Part shown: one piece after another, positions 9,447 through 19,023 of the stretch | Layout: every line of letters begins with the position of its first letter | Position numbering within the stretch: the stretch's first letter is position 1 | NCBI GenBank assembly: GCA_001028815.1 | Contig: LDJB01000004.1 | Location: 13,733-77,732 of the forward strand | From: Peptococcaceae bacterium 1109 | Lineage (GTDB): Bacteria; Bacillota; Limnochordia; Darwinibacteriales; Darwinibacteriaceae | Direction: 5' to 3' | Length of the DNA: 64,000 nucleotides | Position numbers and translations under genes: made by a program | The notes under the pieces: generated by a model | The model's database searches: none | Told to the model about the DNA's origin: nothing | The model's input: the letters and a program-made list of their open reading frames with translations, nothing else

Positions 9447-10177
9447 GCAAGCTTCCTCCTCCCGAAGTAGATAGAAGCCCACACCAACGCTACAGAGGCC
9501 AGCAACAGAATGGCAAGGCTATACAGCGCCTCGTTCCCATACCGGCCTGTCATAATATACAGCATCACGTTCCGCGATAATGACAGCGGGTTTCCGTACT
9601 TGGTCAGGAAGTTGAACACTGTGGTGTTAGGAAGCTGGAACCATATGCCCGCAAGGGCAAAAGAGCCCAAGCCATAAACCTCTCCCAATCTTTCTCCCAG
9701 CTTGTCGGACTTCACACCCAACGCGATCAGCATATAAACTAGCTGGTTGAGGGCGGAGAAGAACACAAGAAGTACCAAGATAGAGAGGAAACTGCCCCAA
9801 CGTACGCGGTAAACCCAATGGGTGTACAGGACCATAGCAAAGCCCTGCAGGGCGCTGAACAACGAAGATGATATGAGGATGGAAAGGGCATGGTAAAAAG
9901 GCGGATAGGGTAGTGAGTATAGCCGCCACTTTCTGGGAGAAAACAGATCGCTTCGCAGAAAATCAAGAGTGTAGTTTCCCCCGAAAAGTTGGAAGGCAAA
10001 GATGATGATCATAGCCACGCCATCTATAGCTGGGATGCCGAGCTTAGGATCAATCCCATCGCCCACCACTAGGCCTATTACACTGATCAATGCTAATGGC
10101 AATACCACCAAGATAGCCAGGCCAAGATACCCTCGCAGCAGTCTCCGGAACATGTAGTTGCTTGCTCTTAACAGCAT
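9443..10177 (-). CDS. ABC-2 type exporter permease
   Basis: Multi-TM protein between the ATPase and the second permease. Confidence 0.8.
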   Translation of the reverse strand: MLLRASNYMFRRLLRGYLGLAILVVLPLALISVIGLVVGDGIDPKLGIPAIDGVAMIIIFAFQLFGGNYTLDFLRSDLFSPRKWRLYSLPYPPFYHALSILISSSLFSALQGFAMVLYTHWVYRVRWGSFLSILVLLVFFSALNQLVYMLIALGVKSDKLGERLGEVYGLGSFALAGIWFQLPNTTVFNFLTKYGNPLSLSRNVMLYIMTGRYGNEALYSLAILLLASVALVWASIYFGRRKLA

Positions 10178-10179
10178 AT

Positions 10180-11124
10180 CTACTCCTCACCCCCGTCCCG
10201 GAGCTGTTTGCCGGTGAGGGTCAAGAAGACATCCTCCAGCGTCGGTCTTTCGGCGTTTATCCACAGCACACCACCGGCTTTGCTTGCCGCCGCCAAGACT
10301 CTATCCAAGTTGCCAGATCCTACCTGCGTTGTGATGTGGACAACTCTGCCTTCCACAGTCACTCCCTTAACCCCTTCAAGGCTGCGCAGATTCTGGAGCA
10401 GCGGCTCCGTAACATCCGTTACCTCCAGCCGGATTCGCTCCTCATGGCGAATCTGCTCCACCAAGTCGCTGATGGTTCCTTCAGCGATGATGTGTCCTTG
10501 GTCAAGGATTATAACTCGCGACGCAATGGCCTGAACCTCTTCCATGTAGTGTGTCGTGTACAGAACGGTCGTTCCTTGCCTATTTAGCTCCCGAACCGTT
10601 TCCAGGATGTGTCTGCGTGACTGGGGGTCAACGCCAACTGTGGGCTCATCCATGATAATGAGTTCCGGCTCATGCACTAAGGCACAGGCGATATTGAGCC
10701 GCCTGCTCATGCCGCCGGAAAACCTGGATGGAAGTCTGTTAGCATATTCTGTCAGTCCAACGGTCTCCAAGGCTTGTTGAACGCGCTGTTTAAGACTGGC
10801 CCCCCGGAGTCCGTATATCCCGCCAAAAAACTCCAGGTTCTCCCTGGCCGTCAAGTCATGAAAGACCGAGACTTCCTGAGTTACAAAGCCTATGCGTCCC
10901 TTCGTTTCCAGCGGGTTATCTTCCAGCGGCCTCCCAAAGAGCTCAATTTCTCCAGAGTCAACGCCGATCAAGCCTGTTAGGGCATAGAGCAGCGTTGTTT
11001 TCCCGGCACCGTTGGGGCCGAGCAGGCCAACAATTTCTCCCTCGCCCATCTCCATACTGACGTTATCCAGCACCAAATGGGTACCGTAGCGTTTCACGAC
11101 ATCTGACATGCGCGCGATCACCAT
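10180..11124 (-). CDS. ABC exporter ATP-binding protein (LnrL/DrrA-like)
   Basis: GPNGAGKTT Walker A, FSGGMSRR signature, IIMDEPTVGVDP, C-terminal PTLEDVFL. Confidence 0.95.
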   Translation of the reverse strand: MVIARMSDVVKRYGTHLVLDNVSMEMGEGEIVGLLGPNGAGKTTLLYALTGLIGVDSGEIELFGRPLEDNPLETKGRIGFVTQEVSVFHDLTARENLEFFGGIYGLRGASLKQRVQQALETVGLTEYANRLPSRFSGGMSRRLNIACALVHEPELIIMDEPTVGVDPQSRRHILETVRELNRQGTTVLYTTHYMEEVQAIASRVIILDQGHIIAEGTISDLVEQIRHEERIRLEVTDVTEPLLQNLRSLEGVKGVTVEGRVVHITTQVGSGNLDRVLAAASKAGGVLWINAERPTLEDVFLTLTGKQLRDGGEE

Positions 11125-11188
11125 GTGGCTCCTCCTCGCTTCGTCCTTCCGTTGCTGTCATAATACCAAGAACGAATGCTGGTTTGTA

Positions 11189-11202
11189 GTGACAAATGTA
11201 AC
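11189..11202. promoter_or_regulatory. Imperfect palindrome, candidate binding site for the NarL-family regulator
   Basis: GTGACA-AA-TGTAAC, about 65 bp upstream of the ABC/TCS operon start. Confidence 0.4.
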
Positions 11203-11331
11203 GAGTTGCGCGCCATGTATGCCCGAGGGAATCGGCCATTTGATCTTCTCTGTACGCTACCGGTTGCTTGCTGCAGCCTGGGGGCAGCTCTTCTCTCAGA
11301 ACTCCCAGGCTTGTTACTTCCCCAACCCTTC

Positions 11332-12498
11332 CTAGACTGTGCTTGAACTAATATTCGAAAGTTCCCTTAGGATATCCTCCAGTTCTTGGAGAAACGCCGA
11401 GTCTGCCAACCGTTCATCTCTGCCCCGCTTTACAGCCCTCCCAAGCCGGAGGATGATGGATGCTAACTGCTCCACTGGACTTCTTAACCTGGATTCTTGA
11501 GCAAACGTATGCGTACCAATCAGGCATACCGCGTCGATCTCGTTAAAACCTGGAACTTGATCAGTTCGGAGCACCAGTCGAACCTGGCGTGCAGGGACGT
11601 TCACTTTGGTATTCTCGATGTACAGGATGCGAGACTCTTGTGGAGCGGTTTGAGCCGTACCCTCCCAGATAACGTGAGCCCTGCCGGTTTCATCAATTAT
11701 CTCCGCCTTGACGATAGCCCCTGGATTATAGGTTTCATACACGTCAATGCGCTGCACATGCACGGCCTCGTCGTAGAAGAGCTCAACCCATTCCTCACCG
11801 CCATCGCTATAAGCGGCGGTCCAGGCTCTATCGTAGTCGCCATATTTGGGATAGACATCGGGTACGCCGGTCATGTGCTCAGGAGTCCACCGGTCTACTC
11901 GGTATTGACTGCTGGCTTTGGCTGCGCTTGCCCACTGGACTACTATGTCGGACTGCCCGAGAGTTTGAGGCCAGGGCGAATTGCGGCTGCCGGTGATGCT
12001 CACTGCGTCGATCTCGTTCCAACCACTAACGGAGTCCGTATCCAACGTGATCCGCACTCGTTGGCACGGTACCGTAACGATGCCGTTCTTCACACTAAAT
12101 ACCCTTGCGCTGCCTCCAGCCGATCCTCCTGTACTGTCCCAGAGCAGGTGCCAGCGTCCTGTCGTGTCTAGCAGCTCCACCTTTACCGTCGCGCCTGCAT
12201 TAAAGGTTTCGTAGATGTCCACACTCTCTACATAAACAGCCTCAGCGAATCCCAGTTCTGCCCACTGAAGGCCGTTGTTCCTGCTAGAGGGTGCCCAAGC
12301 ACGCCCATAGTCTCCGTAGTTGGGGTATACATCAGGCTCCCCTAACATCTGCTGCGCTGACCAGTCCCCACTTCCATACTCACTGCTGGCAGTGACTGAT
12401 ATGGCCCATTGCGTAAAAGACTGGCACTGGGCCTTACCGATAGTGGCCAACAAGACTAACACAGCGAGGAGCGAAATCATCCACCAGTTTCTTGTCAT
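11332..12498 (-). CDS. Secreted protein with two tandem discoidin/jelly-roll-like domains (pappalysin/FBXL4-type)
   Basis: Start moved to MTRNWW (RBS GAGGGGGGAAG, signal peptide). Two repeats of QWA..A.ASS.Y....W....M.G.PDVYP.YGDY.RAW......W.EL...EAV....DIYET.N.GA.VK.E...NEIDAV. Confidence 0.75.
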   Translation of the reverse strand: MTRNWWMISLLAVLVLLATIGKAQCQSFTQWAISVTASSEYGSGDWSAQQMLGEPDVYPNYGDYGRAWAPSSRNNGLQWAELGFAEAVYVESVDIYETFNAGATVKVELLDTTGRWHLLWDSTGGSAGGSARVFSVKNGIVTVPCQRVRITLDTDSVSGWNEIDAVSITGSRNSPWPQTLGQSDIVVQWASAAKASSQYRVDRWTPEHMTGVPDVYPKYGDYDRAWTAAYSDGGEEWVELFYDEAVHVQRIDVYETYNPGAIVKAEIIDETGRAHVIWEGTAQTAPQESRILYIENTKVNVPARQVRLVLRTDQVPGFNEIDAVCLIGTHTFAQESRLRSPVEQLASIILRLGRAVKRGRDERLADSAFLQELEDILRELSNISSSTV

Positions 12499-12798
12499 TC
12501 TTCTTCCCCCCTCGTCGTGCGGTGTGATACCGAACACGGTCGCCTCGACCCGATCTCCCTGGATGATCCGATTTGCTTTGCCCCTCTCATCCCCCACCTC
12601 AGCCGCAAGGCCAACCCTACTGCGGATCCAGCTTGTGTGTTTTCTCATATCCACCTCTCCCCTTCCGGTAGCTGTGCCTTTAGCATAACGCCTCAGCGTG
12701 GACATGCCATCCCCTGTTCGGCGGAGAACATAAGAAAACACCCTCATACTTTAGTATGAGGGCGACGTAAACTCCAGCTAGCGACATGTCAGATGTCT

Positions 12799-14979
12799 TC
12801 AATCAAGTTCGCCGAGGATGATTATGGAATTGTACTCCGTAATGGCCAGCTGGTCTCCTGCAGGTGACCAGGCGAGAGACTGGAGGCCAAGTTCTTGGCC
12901 GGGATACGTGTAGAGGACTTCCCCCGTCTTAACATCCCAAATACGTACAGTGCCACTGTGGCTGCCTCCTGCAAGATAACGCCCGCAGGGGGACCACTCC
13001 ACAACGGTAACTACGCTGTCATCGCCGGACAGAGTCCGCTCAACTCTATCTGTCTCCAGATCCCAGATGTAAATCTTCCGATCATAGCCCGAGCTTGCTA
13101 AGTGCTTGCCATCGGGAGACCAAGCAAGCGATTGCACCCAGCCATTGTGGCCCTGGAGCCTCTTAATTTCCTCCCCAGTCGTGCCACTGTAGACATGCAC
13201 AGCCTGATCGTAGCCGCCAAAGGCGACTTGATCACCCCGGGGAGACCAAGCAACGGTAGTCAGCCAACCCTGAGGGTTCTGGATGCCTACAAGTTGGGTT
13301 CTGGTAGGAACATCCCAGATGGCAACGGTCTGGTCCCAGCTGGCACTGGCAAGCCGCTTGCCATCTGGCGCCCAGCTTATGGAGAAGACTATGTCTTCGT
13401 GGCTGACGGATTTTAGCCCAACCGCGAACTCAAATCCCCGGGAATGAACAAACGGTTTCTTGATGCGTTCAGTGAAAGCACCAACGTACTCTCCATCGCC
13501 AGTCATATTCCAAAGCCGCACTAGGAAATCATGCCCGCCGCTTGCGAGATGAGTCCCATCGGGTGACCATGCCAAAACTTCCAAAGGCCCGCTGTGGCTG
13601 GGGCGCAGCTGCATCCTTTCCTTCCGTATCTGCAGGTCCCAGATTCGGATCGTTCCTTCTTCTCCACCCGATGCCAGATAATCACCCTGAGGTGACCAGG
13701 CCAAAGCCTTAACCGCACGGGTATGGCCTGCGATCCTCAGGATGTTCTCCCCTGGGACTGCGGACCAAAGGTCAATGATACCTCTATAGCTCCCACTAGC
13801 CAGCACATGCGACGTATTGCCCCAGTCCAGGGCCAGCACTTCACTGCCCACATTGATGCTCCGCACCAATTCTTGCCCTTCCACGTCCCAAACCTGGATC
13901 AACCTATCTGTACCAGCTGCAAGGTACCGCCCATCGTAGGACCACCTTAAGTCTGTAATGCCGCCACGGTATTGGGCAAGGGAGATCTCCTCTCCTGTTT
14001 CGAAGTTGAGGACCCTCAAGGAACCGTTCCCCAGCCCAAGGGCTACTAAGGAGCCTTCTTGCGCAGCAGATAGTGACATGATCTTATCCTTCATCTTGTA
14101 CTCAGCATGAAGTTCCCCTGACTCCGCCTCCCACACCTTGAGGCTCAGACCATCGCCGCCGCTGAGCAAATACCGGCCGTCGGGGGACCAAGCAACAGCC
14201 CTCACCCAGCCCTCATGAGCCAGCGTGTGGAGTTCACTGGCCGTAGCAAAATCCCAGATCCTTACCTTACTGTCCCAACCAGAACTGGCCAGTTTCATCC
14301 CGTCGGGTGACCACGCCAAATCAGTGAGGGAGTCTGTATGGCCAGCCAAAGCCTTGACTTCTACGCCCGTCTGCCAATCCCAGATCTTGATCTTGCCGTC
14401 TCTCCCACCGCCGGCTAGGTAGTGGCTTTGGGGAGAAAACGCAACCACCTTAACAGCGCTTGCGTGGCCGCTCATGGTCCTCACTAGCTGCCCATCATCT
14501 GTTCTCCAGATCCTGATCGTCCGATCATTGCCGCCACTTGCGATATACTGATCATCCGCGGAAAAGGCTATTGCCTCAACCCAGTCCCGGTGGCTGGCGA
14601 AGGAAAACTGGGCTCCCCATCTGGCGAAGTTAGGTTCCGCCCAGGGATGGGCTGCAAACTCCAACTCCCGGGCATCTTCCACCACCTGCTTTTCCGGGGC
14701 AAAACTGTAACCGGCTTTGCGGGGGATGATCACTGTATCACTCTCAGCAGCAATTTCGAAATACCCTTCCCTATCTGTCTCCAGATACGCCCCGGTTCCA
14801 TCCAGGATCAAGAGGCTCACGCCCTCCAAACCCGCTCCGGGATCTTCCGCCAAGACCACCCGCCCCGCGATCGTGCTCTTCTCCGGCACTGAAGTACCGC
14901 TTTGCACGCAGCCGCTAATTGGCAGGACAAGTAACATCAAACCAACCATCAAGGAAAGGCACTTAGACGTTCTGTTCAT
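12799..14979 (-). CDS. WD40-repeat lipoprotein with an N-terminal carboxypeptidase-regulatory-like domain
   Basis: Lipobox LPISGC; roughly 14 GH...LAWSPDG..LAS.G.D..IRIWD repeats. Confidence 0.9.
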   Translation of the reverse strand: MNRTSKCLSLMVGLMLLVLPISGCVQSGTSVPEKSTIAGRVVLAEDPGAGLEGVSLLILDGTGAYLETDREGYFEIAAESDTVIIPRKAGYSFAPEKQVVEDARELEFAAHPWAEPNFARWGAQFSFASHRDWVEAIAFSADDQYIASGGNDRTIRIWRTDDGQLVRTMSGHASAVKVVAFSPQSHYLAGGGRDGKIKIWDWQTGVEVKALAGHTDSLTDLAWSPDGMKLASSGWDSKVRIWDFATASELHTLAHEGWVRAVAWSPDGRYLLSGGDGLSLKVWEAESGELHAEYKMKDKIMSLSAAQEGSLVALGLGNGSLRVLNFETGEEISLAQYRGGITDLRWSYDGRYLAAGTDRLIQVWDVEGQELVRSINVGSEVLALDWGNTSHVLASGSYRGIIDLWSAVPGENILRIAGHTRAVKALAWSPQGDYLASGGEEGTIRIWDLQIRKERMQLRPSHSGPLEVLAWSPDGTHLASGGHDFLVRLWNMTGDGEYVGAFTERIKKPFVHSRGFEFAVGLKSVSHEDIVFSISWAPDGKRLASASWDQTVAIWDVPTRTQLVGIQNPQGWLTTVAWSPRGDQVAFGGYDQAVHVYSGTTGEEIKRLQGHNGWVQSLAWSPDGKHLASSGYDRKIYIWDLETDRVERTLSGDDSVVTVVEWSPCGRYLAGGSHSGTVRIWDVKTGEVLYTYPGQELGLQSLAWSPAGDQLAITEYNSIIILGELD

Positions 14980-15022
14980 GGCATATCCCCTTTATCTTGT
15001 TTGTGGCACAGTACACACCAAC

Positions 15023-15400
15023 TCAGCAGGAGATATCCCTGCCGCTCCTCCACTGGGCGATAGCTGCTTGGATGAACTCCTCAAGCCCAGTTTTCTCCAT
15101 GTCAACAGACTTGCCGATGCGAATGCATCCCTTCCCTGTGTTAAACGGTTTGAGCAATGTGTCAGCATTTTCGATTTTGTCGATGTCGCCCACATACAGA
15201 CTCACAAAATGCTTTTGGGCGTTGAGGCCGAACACCCCCTCATCTCCCGTACCATAGTACAACATCTTGTACCTAATACTCTCCTCAAGCTCCGGGCCGT
15301 ACAGCAAAATGAGCCGGCGGACCTCGAGGAGCTTTTCCTTCCTCCAGTCATCTTCAAGCACTTCAAGGTACTCCTCAGGGGTCTTTACATCATATTGCAT
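15023..15400 (-). CDS. DUF1801 (YdhG-like) protein
   Basis: TPEEYL, EESIRYKML.Y, QKHFVSLYV, GKGCIR motifs. Confidence 0.8.
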   Translation of the reverse strand: MQYDVKTPEEYLEVLEDDWRKEKLLEVRRLILLYGPELEESIRYKMLYYGTGDEGVFGLNAQKHFVSLYVGDIDKIENADTLLKPFNTGKGCIRIGKSVDMEKTGLEEFIQAAIAQWRSGRDISC

Positions 15401-15542
15401 CGCCTACACCCTCTCCACCAGCACCATGCCGGCAGGAATCACTCGCTTCTGACACCATAATACCACACAATGAAAAACCCTTGTACATTGTGCTTATAAC
15501 ACAAATGACACAAGGGTTCAGTCCAGCTTACCCAGCTCCAGC

Positions 15543-15569
15543 AAAAAAACCCTACCTTTCGGCAGGGTT
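15543..15569 (-). terminator. Intrinsic terminator after the ABC/MBL operon
   Basis: AACCCTGCC-GAAA-GGTAGGGTT followed by a T tract on the minus strand. Confidence 0.65.
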
Positions 15570-15583
15570 CGCTGCAGCGCTTT

Positions 15584-16549
15584 TTAGTTCAAGAGCCCAC
15601 TGTTCCGATCAAACTGGGTCAGGATGAAATACTCGCCATCGCCAGCGGTAGAGACAAGCACCGCACCATCAATGCTGGTAACGAAGGTTTGGGCGCCCAT
15701 GCGCTGCCATGAGCGATAGGTCATCAGGTCTGCAATAGCATCGTGCATCATCACAGCGACCTGTGGATCCACCGCATCCCGGAAGCGCTTGGTGGAAGAA
15801 GTGTTGGCGCCATGGTGATTCACCTTCACCACTCCGGACTTCAGCCGTTCGCCGTGGCGTGCCACCAAGTCCCGCTCTGCCGCAGTGTAGAGATCACCAC
15901 AGAAGAGAAAGCTAGACTCACCGTAAGTCAGTTTCATCGCAAGGGACAAGTTGTTCACAAACTGCGTGCTGTTCTCTGGATACCCCTGGTAGTACTCGAT
16001 GCCCGGCGCAGGATGGAACACTTCCACCAGCACATGGCCACCGAACATAAACGAATCACCTTCAGCCAAAATAATGTGAGGTACCTGGGTTTCCTCAATT
16101 GCCCGCATGTAGTTGTTGTAGTGCGACGTGGGGTACTCCACTTCGGAAGTGTAGACTGCCCCAATGTCGTAGTTGTAAATTAGCTGGGCAAAGCCACCAA
16201 TGTGATCTACATGAGGATGAGAAGCTACCAGGTAATCGATCCTGGTGATCCCCAGAGACTTCAGGGCCCGATCAATGTCTGGATACGTACTGGGATTCCC
16301 CGCATCGATCATCATCACAAAGCCATCTGGGGAAATCAGAATAGTGGCATCGCCGCTCTTATCATCACTTCTCGTGGTGAGCTGAAGGAAGCGGGCAGTC
16401 AATCGGCCAGCGTCCTGCGATGGATCAAAAACCTCAGCATAGCGGTCAATCTGCTCGTCCGCCAGCGCCACTGCAGCCAGCGCGAAGGCGAGGCAAAGAA
16501 CGAGGACTGCGATCCGCCGCAGATCATTCCGGCGCAGCAGGTTCATCAT
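15584..16549 (-). CDS. Secreted metallo-beta-lactamase-fold hydrolase (ComEC C-terminal-like)
   Basis: Signal peptide; GDATIL, IDAG, SHPHVDHIGG (HxHxDH), FCGDL, KVNHHG. Confidence 0.85.
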   Translation of the reverse strand: MMNLLRRNDLRRIAVLVLCLAFALAAVALADEQIDRYAEVFDPSQDAGRLTARFLQLTTRSDDKSGDATILISPDGFVMMIDAGNPSTYPDIDRALKSLGITRIDYLVASHPHVDHIGGFAQLIYNYDIGAVYTSEVEYPTSHYNNYMRAIEETQVPHIILAEGDSFMFGGHVLVEVFHPAPGIEYYQGYPENSTQFVNNLSLAMKLTYGESSFLFCGDLYTAAERDLVARHGERLKSGVVKVNHHGANTSSTKRFRDAVDPQVAVMMHDAIADLMTYRSWQRMGAQTFVTSIDGAVLVSTAGDGEYFILTQFDRNSGLLN

Positions 16550-16561
16550 GGGTAAGCCCCC

Positions 16562-17701
16562 CTATTTCATTGCAGCCTTGCTCATACCAGTCATAATGTA
16601 CTTCTGCAGTACCAGGAACAGGACTACGATGGGAATAATGGCCATAACTGCACCAGCCATGATCTCATTGTAGTTGGCCGTCTCCATACCAGCAAAGGTT
16701 TGGCGCAGCCTGACCACACCAACTGCTACGGTGCGGTACGCATCTTGAGTGACAACCATCTTAGGCCAGAAGTAGCTGTTCCAGCCGTTGATAAACGAGA
16801 TGATAGAAATGGTGATCAGCGTTGGGGCACACATCGGGCAGAGTACATGCACGATCAGCCCAATGCGGGTCAAGCCGTCCACTCGCCCTGCATCTAGGTA
16901 GCTGTCATCCACAGACATGAACGCCTGGCGGAGCATGAAGATGAAGTAAGCACTGACTAAGTTTGGGACGATCAATCCCGGATAGCTGTTCACCCAGCCC
17001 ACACGGGAGACCATCACATAGATGGGAACGAATGTAACTTGAATGGGGATCATCAGGGCTCCCAAGACCAACAGGAACAGGAAGTTCTTACCCTTAAACT
17101 GCCCCTTCGAGAAGCCGTAGGCAGCCAATACCCCGAGGACCACTTCCCCCGCCATCATGAAGAACGTTGTGATCAAGGTGTTCATCAGGTAGCGTAGGAA
17201 CGGTGCTCGCTGCAGGACGCTGGGGAAGTTCTCCCACTGAAACTCCTTCGGCCACAAAGTGGGAACGGGAAGCAGCAGTTCCGTACTGGTCTTCAGCGAT
17301 GAGATGACCATCCAGTAAATGGGAAACAACATCACCAAAGTGATGGCAATGGCCGCAACATACTGCAGCCCCACCTTTACGTTGTCAATGCGCTTCTTGG
17401 CGCCGATGGAGATCCGATCCTCCAGACTGCAGGAAACTGCAAGAAGCAAGAACCCGATGATGGTTGCGGCCAAGGTATAGGAGCCCACCATAACAAAGCT
17501 GTCCCTGGACTTGGCAAACCATCCCAACGCTTGATTTATCTCATAAGGAGTTAAGCCTTCCGGCATTTTGCTCATCTGGACATTGTACTGGATGAAGCCC
17601 ACAGCTCCAATGAGCAGCAAAGCGAGGGAACCGATGAGGGCGTAGACCAGGAGATCAAACCAGCCGGCCTGGCGCATCTTTAAGAACAAAGAATCTGTCA
17701 C
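16562..17701 (-). CDS. CUT1 carbohydrate ABC permease (MalG/UgpE-like) with N-terminal extension
   Basis: FPIYWMVISSLK, EAA loop YLDAGRVDG, WNSYFWP. Confidence 0.9.
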   Translation of the reverse strand: MTDSLFLKMRQAGWFDLLVYALIGSLALLLIGAVGFIQYNVQMSKMPEGLTPYEINQALGWFAKSRDSFVMVGSYTLAATIIGFLLLAVSCSLEDRISIGAKKRIDNVKVGLQYVAAIAITLVMLFPIYWMVISSLKTSTELLLPVPTLWPKEFQWENFPSVLQRAPFLRYLMNTLITTFFMMAGEVVLGVLAAYGFSKGQFKGKNFLFLLVLGALMIPIQVTFVPIYVMVSRVGWVNSYPGLIVPNLVSAYFIFMLRQAFMSVDDSYLDAGRVDGLTRIGLIVHVLCPMCAPTLITISIISFINGWNSYFWPKMVVTQDAYRTVAVGVVRLRQTFAGMETANYNEIMAGAVMAIIPIVVLFLVLQKYIMTGMSKAAMK

Positions 17702-17720
17702 AGTCTCTTCCTCCTTCCGC

Positions 17721-18962
17721 CTACGAATCGTAACTTACTGACCGGTTTGACCAACGCATGGTGGCGGCCGTGCAAACCAAGAGAATGATGAAGAATACCA
17801 CAGAAACGGCTGCGGAACGCCCTGCCCGGTAATCACTAAACGACAGGTTGTAGATCCACTGCACTAACACGTTGGTGGCCCTTCCCGGACCGCCGCCGGT
17901 CATAACGTCCACAGACTGGAAGACCTTCATGCTGGCGATGAACGTGGTTACGAACAGGAATAGGGTAGTCGGAGCCAGCATGGGGATTGTAATGAAGCGG
18001 AAGCGCTGCACAGCATCTGCGCCGTCGATGGCCGCGGCCTCGTAGTAATCCTTGGGAATACCCTGCATTGCCGAGAGATAGATCATCATGGCATACCCAA
18101 CAACACGCCAGGCCGTCAAGATCAGGACACCAGTCAGAGCTGTCTTCGCATCAACCAACCAGTTTGGGCCTTTGAAGCCAAAGAGAGATAGAACGTAGTT
18201 TAAGATACCATAGTTACCGTTGAGAATCCAGATAAACACAATCGCGCTGGTCGAGACAGCAATATACTTGGGCATGAAAACGATGGTCCGCATCCCGTGA
18301 AACGCTTTGGACATACGGTTAAACAACAGTGCCAGGAGCATACCGCCCGCTAAGGTGATGACCAGCTCCCAGAAGGTGTAGGTCATGGTGATGAACAAGG
18401 ATTCCTTAAAAATCTTCCATCCGGACTTCAAAAACAGCCATTCGTAGTTCTTCAAACCAATAAAAGGCTGAGGATCAGCAACTAGCATGCGCATGTCAGT
18501 AAAACTGATCCGCACAAGGTCAATAACAGGGTAGTAAACAAACAGCAGGAAGAAGAATACGGCAGGCTGAACCGTAAACATGTCCTTCATGCGTTCCCAG
18601 GACTGGATGCGCAGCATAATCCCATTAAAGACAAAAAAGATCCCCACGAGAAAGACGAGGATAGCACTATCCATGAGCAGGCTGACCAGCCGCATGGGCA
18701 CTGTTCCCCGGCCTTCCCCGAGCAAATCCACGGTACCGGTAATGGCCCGTTCCTCTGTCCGGGCTTCGCGGCGAGCCGAGTAAACTTCTTTGGCAATGGG
18801 CTGGAGGGGCTCATAGTTCAGGTCCCCCATCAAGTAGCCAAACACGCCTACAACGACTAGTAGAATTCCTAAGACAATCAAAACCGCAGATGTAACTTTT
18901 GCCGCTTGTGTCACATGCGGATTTCCTAAACGGGTCTGAATGCTCACTTTTCCCCACCTCAA
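17721..18962 (-). CDS. CUT1 carbohydrate ABC permease (MalF/UgpA-like) with N-terminal extension
   Basis: FIGLKNY, IPKDYYEAAAIDGA EAA loop, MTGGGPG. Confidence 0.9.
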   Translation of the reverse strand: MRWGKVSIQTRLGNPHVTQAAKVTSAVLIVLGILLVVVGVFGYLMGDLNYEPLQPIAKEVYSARREARTEERAITGTVDLLGEGRGTVPMRLVSLLMDSAILVFLVGIFFVFNGIMLRIQSWERMKDMFTVQPAVFFFLLFVYYPVIDLVRISFTDMRMLVADPQPFIGLKNYEWLFLKSGWKIFKESLFITMTYTFWELVITLAGGMLLALLFNRMSKAFHGMRTIVFMPKYIAVSTSAIVFIWILNGNYGILNYVLSLFGFKGPNWLVDAKTALTGVLILTAWRVVGYAMMIYLSAMQGIPKDYYEAAAIDGADAVQRFRFITIPMLAPTTLFLFVTTFIASMKVFQSVDVMTGGGPGRATNVLVQWIYNLSFSDYRAGRSAAVSVVFFIILLVCTAATMRWSNRSVSYDS

Positions 18963-18970
18963 ATATAATC

Positions 18971-18995
18971 GAGGGGGATAGAAATCCTCCCCCTC
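18971..18995. terminator. Intergenic stem-loop between binding protein and permeases
   Basis: GAGGGGGAT-AGAA-ATCCTCCCCCTC; typical of partial terminators or mRNA stabilisers in ABC operons. Confidence 0.45.
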
Positions 18996-19023
18996 AAAGT
19001 CAATGTCTCAGTGCCAGAAGAGC

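Noticed and set aside
12800..14600. Periodic DNA similarity that might suggest a CRISPR or tandem array
   Set aside because: Explained by WD40 coding repeats; no identical direct repeats with unique spacers anywhere in the window.
14717..15460. 247-aa plus-strand ORF
   Set aside because: Overlaps two well-supported minus-strand genes and has no motifs.
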